NCBI GenBank assembly: GCA_951406725.2
Contig: OX597824.1
Location: forward strand, 32,054,001 to 32,118,000
Direction of reading: 5' to 3'
Length of the DNA: 64,000 nucleotides
From: Octopus vulgaris
Taxonomy: Eukaryota
Of this stretch, positions 51,561-64,000 are shown in pieces; within the stretch, counting starts at the first letter, position 1, and each line of letters begins with the position of its first letter. The translations under genes were made by a program, and so were the position numbers. The notes below the pieces were generated by a model. That model searched no databases. It was given only the letters and a program-made list of their open reading frames with translations, and was not told the DNA's origin.

Positions 51561-51601
51561 GAATGCGGCTGTAGTTGCAATACTTGCTTCAACAACAACA
51601 G
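51561..51601 (+). CDS. TJAP1: TJAP1/BEGAIN-like exon (ECGCSCNTCFNNN)
   Basis: tttgcag acceptor and AG|gtactg donor; 41 nt, phase 0 to 2. Confidence 0.75.
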
Positions 51602-52025
51602 GTACTGATTATTTATTTAATATTTTTAATCTTTTAATCACTTTCTATTTTTTAGTTTGTTGCATTTTTGTATTTATCCTTTAAAAGTCTGTTTTGCTGA
51701 AACTGCCCAAGTCACAAGGACATAAACACATGCACACACATGTTCATATCAGGCTTCCACACAGTTTCCATGTACCAAATTCACTCACACGGTATCTGTC
51801 ACAGTGGGATTGAATCTGAAACCACAGCAAGTTCCTTAATCACAACAACCATGTCTACATCTTATGGATCAGTAGACACTATGAATTAATTTACTAAAAA
51901 TTTATGGTTTTTATCAAATATTTCCTGTAATGTTATGAGTTCACTGCATATCTTTTATCTTTTACTTGTTTCAGTCATTTGACTGTGGCCATGCTGGGGC
52001 ACCACCTTGGTATATATATATATAT

Positions 52026-52036
<11 letters not shown>

Positions 52037-52102
<66 letters not shown>
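52037..52102. repeat. (TA)n microsatellite; similar arrays at ~4132, 18861, 35273, 35386, 41455, 43368, 45930, 54108 and 60318
   Basis: Direct reading. Confidence 0.95.
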
Positions 52103-52108
<6 letters not shown>

Positions 52109-52757
52109 AAATTAATCCAATTAATTAACAAACTAATCAATTAATTAACAATTTTACGAAGTAGATCAGTACGTTAAAATAACCTTTATAGGTAAAATTA
52201 ATCCACATAATTATAATTAGGGTTCAGCTAACTGCTTCACCACATACCGAAATTAGAAATAGGGAGTTAAAAATTCCTTTTCTACTACTATAAGAATCTC
52301 CATGATGGTAGACATACTTTTTTACGAAGGCAAAGAGAAAAACAAAGAAATCAACATGACCAGGATTAATTATATACGCATTTCGAGATTAAAGTAATTT
52401 AAATTTTACTTACTTCTCTCTTCAGTATAATATTTCCAAATTTTTATAAAATTTGAAAGTGCTATGACTGAATATGTACACAATCAAGTGTCATCATGTA
52501 ACAGATATCCAACCAACACTTCCAAAATTTACAGAGCTGAATGTGAATATACTATTTCAACTCTATACCCACGTGTATGCTACGAGCAATACTGCAGAAA
52601 ACTGCAGTATTCTATCATGGAGTAAATTATAATTTTAAATTAATAAAAGAAGGGTAAAATTTATTAATCAAACTAACGAACTAATCAATTAATTAACAAT
52701 TTTACCAAGTAGATCAGTACATTAAAATAACCTTTATAGGTAAAAATCCACATAATA
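52102..52757 (-). mobile_element. Retrozyme / Penelope pLTR-like unit with terminal direct repeats (period 548 bp) and an internal hammerhead
   Basis: The block CTAATCAATTAATTAACAATTTTAC..GTAGATCAGTAC..TTAAAATAACCTTTATAGGTAAAA..CCACATAAT occurs near 52133 and 52681; both ends abut (TA)n. Confidence 0.55.
52369..52431 (-). ncRNA. Minimal type I hammerhead ribozyme with canonical core
   Basis: Minus strand reads ATTATA-CTGAAGA-GAGA...TCTC-GAAA-TGCG-TA-TATAAT: perfect 6-bp stem I, CUGAAGA and GAAA boxes, GUA triplet, very short stem III. Confidence 0.75.
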
Positions 52758-52851
52758 TATATATATATATATATACACACACATATACACACACATACAT
52801 ACACACACATATATACACACACATACATACATACATGCATACACAATGGGC

Positions 52852-52882
<31 letters not shown>

Positions 52883-52899
52883 TACATACACACACAATG

Positions 52900-52934
<35 letters not shown>

Positions 52935-52935
<1 letters not shown>

Positions 52936-54108
52936 GGGTACCATTCTATTCTTAACTCATATCGTGTCAAAATTTGTTTTTCCAACACTAATAATCTCCT
53001 AAAAATTCTCTCTTCACATAACAATTATATTCTTAACGGTAAAAGTGGTTCGCTTAATAACTATAATAACAATAATATTAATAGTAATATTACTTGTAAT
53101 TGTGATCCAGATAGAACATGTGTTCTCAACGGAAATTACAAAATTTAAAATGTTGTCTATGAATGCAAGGTTACTTCGAGAGCTAAAGAATTTTTCTATG
53201 GTGGCCTTTCCTCCACTGAAATTTTTTAAAATTGCATAGTGAATCATCTTTCTTTTTTTTAAGTATATTAGTAAACGTAATACTGTAGGCCTTAGTAAAC
53301 TAATCTGACATCTCAAAGACTGTAATAAACAATTTTCTTTGGACTGGAAAATTTTGTCAAGATCATTCCCGTATGATGAGGACAAATCTTTCTGCCCTCT
53401 TTGTACAGATGAACAACTATTTATCCCTTTTTCCAAACACACACTTGTCAACACCTATAAAGAGCATGTTTACAGGTGTTTACATTGGAAAAAACACTTT
53501 CAGCTATTTCAAATAATATCTGCTCCTTTTTGCCTAATAATATCTGTAACTTTCACTTTATTCTTTTCAATCCATACATCCCATTCTTTCCTTTGTTATT
53601 TCTATCCATTTGTCATTTGCCTTTCTATTTGTTTAGTCCTCCGTTACTTCTTTAATTTTCTTTCTCTCTTCCTTCTCCTTCTCTTTCTCTTTCGTCTTAT
53701 GATATCAAATTTCTTAACAGTATTTTAAAAATTACTAGTGTTCTCTATCCACCTTTTGTTTTTTTTACATATTATATATTATAATTTCATACATTTGTAA
53801 AAATGGCTTATTAACGAACACTGTTATTTATAATATCTGCTCTGATGAGATTGATACATTACTCCACCTTATTTTTCCTCCTGAATTTATTTTAATGTAT
53901 CCATCAAAACACATCAGTGATATAAATGATTTAGATAACATCTTGTGTGTTTGTCTCCATTTTCCATTTCTCTTATATCTTCCAAAACACATCTCACTTC
54001 TTGGAATTATCACCCATGTACATGTGGTTACTAATGTCTTTAAGTGCTTATGTGACATTTGGCTACCCTGGTAACTATTTCTCTGGATCTTACCTTGAAA
54101 ATTAAACA
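52935..54108 (+). mobile_element. Penelope-like retroelement relic (Naiad-type GIY-YIG C-terminus plus 3' region)
   Basis: Translates VKICFS..SHN..CNC...C.LNG..VVYECKV..FYGG..LSKLI*HLK..WKIL...Y....CPLC..E....CLH, with stops and frameshifts; flanked by (TA)n. Confidence 0.8.
53838..53919 (+). ncRNA. Decayed hammerhead motif in the 3' region of a Penelope-like element
   Basis: TGCT-CTGATGA-GATtGATACATTA...TAATGTATCcATC-AAAAC-AC-ATC-AGTG; GAAAC and GTC each appear altered by a G>A change at a CpG. Confidence 0.5.
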
Positions 54109-54114
54109 TATATA

Positions 54115-54146
<32 letters not shown>

Positions 54147-54215
54147 ATGAGGGAATATTATTCCAAACTTACAGGGAAAAATTCAATTTAGAAATACTAA
54201 ATCAAATTTCACAAA

Positions 54216-54255
<40 letters not shown>

Positions 54256-55389
54256 TAGAAAAACCACCTTTTATCAATTCAATAATGAACAAAGTAGGCA
54301 GTGCTTACCTTTAATAAAATAGATCGATAACAACATTTTCTTCTTATGGCAAAATATACACTTAATTCAATAAAATTACGAAGGTTACTCTGATTACTGT
54401 GCATAAAATTTTGTAGATTAGGTAGGCTTAATTTGTCCCTGCCTTTCAGTCTCAGCATTTAAGCTACGCATAGTATTGCTGTAGTACACGTGTTGCGTAC
54501 ACTCCTACAACACCATTTTCTTTACGTGCTGTGAAGGCAGAAGTAAATCTGCCTCCAACTCAATCACGTGCCTATGTTTTGTTTGTTGTTTGTGTGTTTT
54601 ACTACATGTTGTTTGTGTGTTTTACTACATAAAGTTCATCAACTGCCTATCCTGAGTAATTACTGATGGCACATGCCTGATATATATATATGATGGGCTT
54701 TTTTCAGTTTCTGTCTACAAAATCCACTCACAAGGCTTTCGCTGACCCGAGACTATAGTAGAAGACACTTGCTGAAGGTGCCACACATTAGGACTGAACC
54801 CAGAACCATGTGGTTGGGAAGCAATGTTCTTACCACACAGCCACAACTGCACCTATGCAAGTTAAAAGAAAATGGAGAAAAATGTCGTAACTTTTTGTCT
54901 AGTGAAATCCTATTTAAAATTGCCATTTTCTTGAAATGATTCAATGTCTTTTATAAGTTAGTTGGTAGCAGAACTGGTGGAGCAGTGGAGAAGATGCTTT
55001 GCGATATTTAGTGTATGTTCTGAGTTCAAATGTCAGTAAGGTTATCTTTATTTTCACCTTTCTAGGGTTAATAAAATGATCACATGCCATGTATTCAGCC
55101 AATTTTATTGATTAAATTCCTTTGTCTGAATTTGTGATCTTGAATCAATATTAGCCTGTGTGTGTAAAGTTGCTATGGTTACTATTACTATAGCAACAGA
55201 ATTAATCACATGAGCATGGCAAATAGTAAATAAGGAATTAACCGTATGTACATGGCAGATAGTAAATAAGGGATTTCAATTTGTGGCAAGGAAAAGTAGA
55301 CAAAAAGAAATAGCTGAAACACTTTAGATGATGTAGTTTCGGATGTTTTAATATGTTTAATTAAATGTTCGTTTTATTCTGTCATCTAG

Positions 55390-55554
55390 CTTAGACCTTC
55401 ATCAGCAGATTGAAGAATTACAGAGCAGTCTTATTCGCAACAATCAGCACATCCATCACAAAGAAGAAGAACACTTACTCAGTAAACAGGCTTCTGAATA
55501 TGAAGTTTTTAAACTGAAAGATGACATATCCAGACTTAGAGATCGTTATGACAG
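55390..55554 (+). CDS. TJAP1: TJAP1/BEGAIN-like exon, coiled coil (LDLHQQIEELQSSLIR...KLKDDISRLRDRYDR)
   Basis: tctag acceptor and AG|gtaata donor; 165 nt, phase 2 to 2; heptad pattern. Confidence 0.88.
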
Positions 55555-55789
55555 GTAATATCTTACCTTTCTTTTTGCTATTGTTATTGTTAAACCCTAA
55601 ATCAACCCTGGTTGAGTAGAGAACATAATTGACTTGATTTGACAATGTGAAGCTATATCCCTGTGCAGGGATATAATTTTCCATATGAATACTGTAGCCT
55701 TTGTTAAACAAATTTTCATTCAGCAACAACATGACATTAATTGATGCAGTATTATTCCCGAATAAGATCACTTGACAGCCCAAGTCAGA

Positions 55790-57600
<1,811 letters not shown>

Positions 57601-58044
57601 AAAGCTGGAGGGGCAGGACCATTTACATGAAACATATAATCGGGCTATCAGTTGGCAGGTGAACTGGTACTTCTGTTTGGCCAGGTCCTGTCAAACTGTC
57701 CAACCCATGCCAGCATGGAGAGAGAATTGGTACCATTCAGCCCTGGTTCTCTGATACAAATTTACTGTTTTAAAGTGGTCTGAATTATAACTGCCATCAA
57801 AATTTCATGTTAATTTGTATTTCAGACTCCAGCTTAATAGTAACGAAGTTGATTGATTAAATTCTTCTTTATTTTCAAAGTTAACTGAAACAAAGACAGT
57901 ATATTTCACCATAAATTTTGTAACAAATGGGTTACTATGAAATTAGTTCACTTTTGAAAATGCCTTTCTTAGCAGAATACCATCACTGTTATTACAGTTA
58001 TTAAGTCTTAATCAAATTTTAAAATTAATTCTCAATAATTTCAG

Positions 58045-58111
58045 ATTATTAGAAAGTCACAAGCGCCTTCAGAAACAAAATCATAATTTAGAAGATAAAC
58101 TCCTGAAAGTT
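58045..58111 (+). CDS. TJAP1: TJAP1/BEGAIN-like exon (LLESHKRLQKQNHNLEDKLLKV)
   Basis: tttcag acceptor and |gtgagt donor; 67 nt, phase 2 to 0; the NxxLEDKL motif matches TJAP1/BEGAIN. Confidence 0.9.
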
Positions 58112-58489
58112 GTGAGTATTTTGTGTGTTTTTAAAATTTTTTATTGAATATTGAAAAAGGAGAATGTTTATCATTTAAGTTTATACTTAGGAGAAACCTG
58201 TTCTTGTCTTAATGAAATTTTATGACTTCACTTTTAAATATGGTTATGGAACTGTAAACATCATTGTTGACATTCAAGACTGTATCTTGAACAAGATCTA
58301 TTTTTGTTTTTTTGATACTGTTACTATAGTTGTGTTTTACTCCTTTGAACTTGCAGATTGCCTCAGTCGAGCTTAAATATTCCTGTTTCTCTGCCTACTA
58401 TTCTTGGGAGAAGAGTCCTCTATAGGGTCCTATCAGAAGCAACCATCATTATGCTTTCCAGCTGGATTCCAAATCATGAGCAACTGAGG

Positions 58490-58760
58490 CTATCCAACCA
58501 TCTCATTTTCAATCTACCCTTGGGTCTCCTCCTGATTGGCTAAGCTTCAATAATCCATCTTCAAATTCTTTCCTGAAGTGCACTAATTGCATGTCTATAG
58601 TACCAGAGCTGTGACTTCTCAATACAGAGAAGTAGTGGTTTGACAGGGAGAGACTCTCTGATCTCTGTACCCTGTCAAGTAACGTTATTCTGAAGGTCCT
58701 TTGGAGGAATGCCATTTCAGCTTCTTGTATTTTGGATTGTGTGACCACAGGTAAACTCAC
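58490..58760 (-). mobile_element. RTE-like LINE fragment
   Basis: IQEAEMAFLQR..ITLLDRV motif. Confidence 0.6.
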
Positions 58761-59649
58761 TCATGGAGTTTAAATATGAAAATGTAAATATCGATCTTGT
58801 TGGCTGATAAAGATGTTAACTTTCGTGTTTATATTCCAAAGATTGAGAGGAGAACAACTGATTTCTCATGTCAAATTTGTTGAAAAATTGAAATTGAAAT
58901 TGAAAGGGCAGTTGTATAGAGTTAAGAAAACTGCTTCGAAAAGATTTATCAAATTGGTAATTGAGAGAATGGCTTGAAATGATTACTTTTACTTAAGATT
59001 GTATTATATTTGAAAATATGGATATGTATTCAGAGAAACAGAGAGTTAATAGGAGGAAATATTCGGACTATTATCTTATCTTGTTTATGGGTTCAGTCAT
59101 AGGGTTATAACTTTACTGGAGTATTGCTTTCAAGAGTTTTACTTAGTTATATTGACTTACCATGTGCTTAGTGTTCTACTAATTTTATCAATAGTTGATG
59201 TATAGAATAGCTAACTTCAATAGAGTTACATCCTGTCGACTACAAAATTGGTTACTATAAGGTAAGATTTAAAAAATAATTTTTTGTAACTAAACACTTT
59301 CAAACTTCGTATACTGGTAGAATGTGTCACATAAAACATCTTTTACTCTTGGCATTGTTGAGAAAATTCTGTATTTTGGAAGTTACTTCTTGTTAAAGTT
59401 GTTGTATTTTGGTAATTTCAACCAATTACTGCTATTGTAATTCAACCTTGGTGGAATTTGAACTCTGAACGGATGAAATGCTACTAAGTATTCTGCCAGC
59501 TTGCCACCTTAATGTAGAATAATTTGGGGGTTAGAATTCTTGGAGATAACATAGTGTTCTGAGGGCTAAAGATCATGATCTAATCCTTGTCAGCAATAAA
59601 ATCAATGTTAAAATTTTGTTCTATCGATTGTTATGATTTATAATTTCAG

Positions 59650-59757
59650 GTCAATAAATTTGAGGCAGAGAAAACCAAGATACAAAAAGAACATGCTGCA
59701 GTCACATCGAAACTAGTCAACACTCAAGTAACTATCAGTGAACTAGAAGAAGAAAAT
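59650..59757 (+). CDS. TJAP1: TJAP1/BEGAIN-like exon (VNKFEAEKTKIQKEHAAVTSKLVNTQVTISELEEEN)
   Basis: tttcag acceptor and |gtgagt donor; 108 nt, phase 0; resembles TJAP1 LTNKLLDAKNTINKLEELN. Confidence 0.9.
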
Positions 59758-59994
59758 GTGAGTTCATGTTGAAAGAAAAAAAAAAGTTCCCCAATTATTT
59801 GCATGTGATCTTTATATATTTTACTTTCATCAATGAAATGTAGTAATTTCTCAAAAAATGTAGAAGAATTTTAATGAAGAATGGAAGGCTTTTCTCAAAG
59901 AATTGGTTTTAATTATTAGTCGAAACAGCTACTGCAGAACTATTGTAGCCAGAATAAGAACAGGGTGGTAAAGGTTCAGAGAACTCTCTCTCTT

Positions 59995-60028
<34 letters not shown>

Positions 60029-60311
60029 GTTTATCAGAACTCCAAACATCTCGCGCAACTGTTTATATATATATTTTATCGTTTTACATTTGAGTATAAA
60101 ACTTGCTCATAACTTTGGCCCGATGTTTAGTATATAATTCCTTACATTATCCATAGGTACCGTGTATGTCTTTCACTGGTGTGTATATATATATATATAT
60201 AAACTCTGCCAAATCAAGATTGGAGCCTGGTGCAGCCATCTGGTTCGCCAGCCCTCAGTTAAAATCGTCCAACCCATGCTAGCATGGAAAGCGGACGTTA
60301 ACTGATGATGA

Positions 60312-60373
<62 letters not shown>

Positions 60374-60374
<1 letters not shown>

Positions 60375-60735
60375 GTGTGGTAAGTAGCTTGCTTACCAAC
60401 CACATGGTTCCGGGTTCAGTCCCACTGCGTGACACCTTGGGCAAGTGTCTTCTACCAAAGCCTTGTGAGTGGATTTGGTAGATGGAAACTGAAAGAAGCC
60501 CGTTGTATATATGTATATGTGTGTTTGTATGTCTGTGTTTGTCCCCCAACATCGCTTGACAACCGATGCTGGTGTGTTTACGTCCCCGTAACTTAGCGGT
60601 TCGGCAAAAGAGGCCGATAGAATAAGTACTAGGCTTACAAAGAATAAGTCCTGGGGTCGATTTGCTCGACTAAAGGTGGTGCTCCAGCATGGCCGCAGTC
60701 AAATGACTGAAACAAGTAAAAGAAAAAAAAAAAAG
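60374..60735 (+). mobile_element. SINE family A, young copy
   Basis: Near-consensus, CpG-retaining copy of the family at 25190. Confidence 0.9.
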
Positions 60736-60768
<33 letters not shown>

Positions 60769-61392
60769 ACATACAGTGTGTCTTTCACTGGTGTATATCA
60801 CCTACTATATATATAGGCGAATGATGGACCTCAGGAACTGGTAGTTTGAATTACAAATAACCTGTCAAAATTGTTCTGCTTAACATTGTCCCTCATGCCA
60901 GTATGTATACAGGTTTGTACATTTACTGAATGGTTCTGTCATTAGTGATTTACAAAGGTACAGGGTTGTCTACACTTCACAGCTGATGTTTTAATAGGGA
61001 TGGAACATCTGGCTTATGCTTTCGATTAAGTTAGTGTTAACTTGATATAAGGTCAAAATGTACCCAGAGTTGTCTTCTGTAGACCTGGAAGCAGTCCATT
61101 CCCCATAGAGTTTAAGGAGTTAAGGGCCAAAACTTTTGCAAGAGGTGAGAGGGGTCTTCTTCTCTGAAGACCTGCTGTTCAACTTGCCCCAGAGTTTCTT
61201 ACTACCAACTGCACTTGCCAAATTTATTAAAATAATATTAAACATTGACTAGCATTATTCCTTGTAGTTTAACCTTTTAACTCTTAAACCGGCCATATCC
61301 GACCTAAATATTTGATCTCTCACACCTACCCTACAATGTCATTCTATAAGTAAACAATCACATCATCAAAATCTCAAAGCTCTGAGATAATA

Positions 61393-61799
61393 CTCTTTTA
61401 CTCTTTTACTTGTTTCAGTCATTTGACTGTGGCCATGCTGGAGCACTGCCTTTAGTCGAACAAATCAACCCCATGACTTATTCTTTGTAAGCCGAGTACA
61501 TATTCTATCAATCTCTTTTGCTGAACCGCTAAGTTACCAGGATGTAAACACACCAGCATCGGCTGTCAAGCAATGTTTGGGGGACAAACACAGACACAAA
61601 CATATGCACACACACATACATGTATATACATATATACGACGGGCTTCTTTCAGTTTCCGTCTACCAAATCCACTCACAAGGCTTTGGTTGGCCCGAGGCT
61701 ATAGTAGAAGACACTTGCCCAATGTGCCATGCAGTGGGACTGAAACTGGAACCATGTGGTTGGTAAGCAATCTATTTACCACACAGCCACTCCTACGCC
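61393..61799 (-). mobile_element. SINE family A, full-length, inserted in a piggyBac-type MITE
   Basis: Reverse complement of the family A consensus with a (TAAAAGAG)n-like tail. Confidence 0.9.
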
Positions 61800-62090
61800 T
61801 AATTAATACATAATTAATTAAAAACAATGTAAATGAAAAAACATTGGATTTGACTGAGTGATCTGATTACTAAAGGGTTAATGTTAGGATTATCATGGCT
61901 GTTGTTTTTGTAGTGATTGGTGTCTCTGTCAACCTATGACTTTTTTTAGAGTGGGAATTACAAACCATCATTGAACTATTGTGATATATTAATCATTAAT
62001 TAAACTTTATATTTGGTAGCTACACTGGGGTTCTCCACTACCTCATTGTCTCCATTACCTTCGTAATGAAGTTTTAATTTTAATTTTCAG

Positions 62091-62174
62091 GATCGTTATC
62101 GAAAAGATTGTAATTTAGCTGTTCAACTCCTCCAGTGTAAACCATCCTCATTTATTGCCCACAAATTGAATTCT
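62091..62174 (+). CDS. TJAP1: TJAP1/BEGAIN-like exon (DRYRKDCNLAVQLLQCKPSSFIAHKLNS); gene continues beyond the window
   Basis: ttttcag acceptor and |gtaagt donor; 84 nt; carries the family signature RYRxDCNLAVQLLxC. Confidence 0.93.
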
Positions 62175-62959
62175 GTAAGTATAACTACCATGACATTCCA
62201 CTAAGATGACATGTTATAAATCTTTTATTTTCATTTCATTTTCCCTGTACCGGAGCTTGGCAGAGACAGTATCTTCTGCCATGGTCTGGATTTGATTATC
62301 ACTGCATTAGTAAAAGTTGGTAAATATAAACTGTCTGAAAAACTCTTGTGTCTTTGAGTGTATCAATGCTTGGCATTAGACAAAATCATTGCTGTATTTA
62401 GTTTCCTCTTCACCTTTTACTGAATTGATAAAATATTAGCAAAGAACTTTTAGCAAAGGAATTCATTTGACTGAAACTGCTCACAGGGTTCCCTAGCATG
62501 GCTGCCATTGAATGAGGCAAACTAGTAAAAGGATATATATAGTTATAGATGCAAGCATGGCTAAAGAGTTTGCTTCCAAACCACCTGATTTTGGGTTCAG
62601 TCTTACTATGTGATATCTTGGGTAAGTGTCTTATACAAGAGCCTCTAGGCAGACCAAAGACTTGTGAATGGATTTGGTTGATACAAACTGAAAGACGCCC
62701 ATTGTACATTAGAATTGAAAAATGCTTATGCTCAAAAGGGTGACAGACTGTCATAATAAACCTCAAAATGTGTGGGACTAGCATTGTTGCTCAAAAAATT
62801 GGAATCACTATATGTTGTACATATTGTGGCATCTTAAAACAAAAAGAGACTTGTGTGAATTATGATGTCACGATAATTATTAAACCGAGTTCTTACTATA
62901 AAAATTTGGAAATGTACAAAATATGATCTTTAACTTAGAATAAGTAAATTCATTATAAT

Positions 62960-63780
62960 ACTCTTCATACTACAGACATGTTGTTGAAAATGTGACACCA
63001 AATCCAACAAAACTGAACTTTCCATGTTCGACGGAATACAACAAGTGATCATGGACTGTATAAAAGTCTGAATTGTACTCTTGTCTCTGTTCATAACCAG
63101 ACCATCTTTAATCTACAATTTCATGTGAACGTGTGGTGCACCTCTCATCTGGTATTCCAATCTCCAAAAGAAGTGCTCGACCAAACCAAAAGGACTGGTT
63201 TTGTGTCTAATGACCTCTCTCATAAAGGTGGCAAATCAATGGTGGAAATGCTTACTAACAGCCACTACATCATCAGCACACAGCTCATTGGTGTGTTTTG
63301 TAGCAACGTTTGGTATATCTATGTTCAACTTTTCCAAAAATTCATGCAGATCTGGCCAAAAATACTCTGCATATGACAAGTGGACTGGGCCATATTTTTC
63401 ATCCATAGCCATCAAGTCTGAACATTTTCTAGACCAAAATTGCTTGGAACCACGGACATTGGCCATCATCATATTCAAACTGCCTTCTAGTTGCTTGTCG
63501 TTATCCTCAAGCCGCCTTTTAAACTCACTTATAGTCATGCGGTTGTTTTTGGTCTTTATAATGGCAAATATACCAGACTTATCAGCTTTCTCAACAGAAA
63601 ACATAAGATATTGTATATCTCACTGAAATCTAGAGTTGATATGGTTCAGTTTGTTTTTCAGGAACATGTTAGGCTTTACAGAGCCGAATGGTCTGTTATC
63701 CACGAACATGCCAAATCGACCAGTTTAGGCACTGGCTCAGCACATGTTTGTGCTCTTCATTCCAAAATAATAAAAACTTT
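62960..63780 (-). mobile_element. Helitron/Helentron Rep-domain relic
   Basis: VRGSKQFW...DLMAM..YGP..LSYAEYFWPDL and downstream FWRLEYQMRGAPHVH (HUH motif); disrupted. Confidence 0.85.
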
Positions 63781-63850
63781 AAAATTAAGCAGGACAAAAA
63801 AAGAATTAATAAGCAATTGCAATTTCAAAAAAACTTTTTATTTGCAGAAT

Positions 63851-64000
63851 AGGCACAGGAGTGGCTGTGTGGTAAGTAGCTTGCTTACCAACCGTATGGT
63901 TCCGGGTTCAGTCCCACTGCGTGGCGCCTTGGGCAAGTGTCTTCTACTATCGCTTTGGGCCGACCAAAGCCTTGAGAGTGGATTTGGTAGATGGAAACTG
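63851..64000 (+). mobile_element. SINE family A 5' part, cut by the window end
   Basis: Near-consensus head. Confidence 0.88.

Noticed and set aside
53306-53308. In-frame TGA in the Naiad-type Penelope ORF as possible selenocysteine
   Set aside because: It aligns with a normally conserved Trp (LSxxIW), and the relic also has TAA stops and frameshifts, so it is simple decay.

Overview
AT-rich, microsatellite- and SINE-dense eukaryotic DNA, most likely Octopus; this rests on my recognition of the SINE families, not on a database search. I reconstructed two multi-exon + strand genes by hand from phase-consistent GT-AG exons. Gene 1 (10857-24073, 7 coding exons, ~652 aa) has a C-terminal block resembling the TRF2/HOY1-type PH-like domain of plant and fungal proteins; its long first coding exon needs one -1 frame change near 11620-11730. 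Gene 2 is a TJAP1/BEGAIN-family coiled-coil gene (coding exons 48461-62174, running past the window end; putative promoter and 5' exon near 34650). The rest is mobile DNA: four SINE families, RTE and CR1 LINE ends, two Penelope-like GIY-YIG relics, piggyBac, Helitron/Helentron and hAT relics, and Merlin-like MITEs with 8-bp TSDs. The most unusual signals are several minimal hammerhead-ribozyme motifs in short (TA)n-flanked islands (one canonical motif in a 548-bp direct-repeat, retrozyme-like unit), several unrelated (TA)n-anchored long palindromes, and a ~1.2-kb nested foldback element. Most ORFs in the supplied track are spurious repeat translations.
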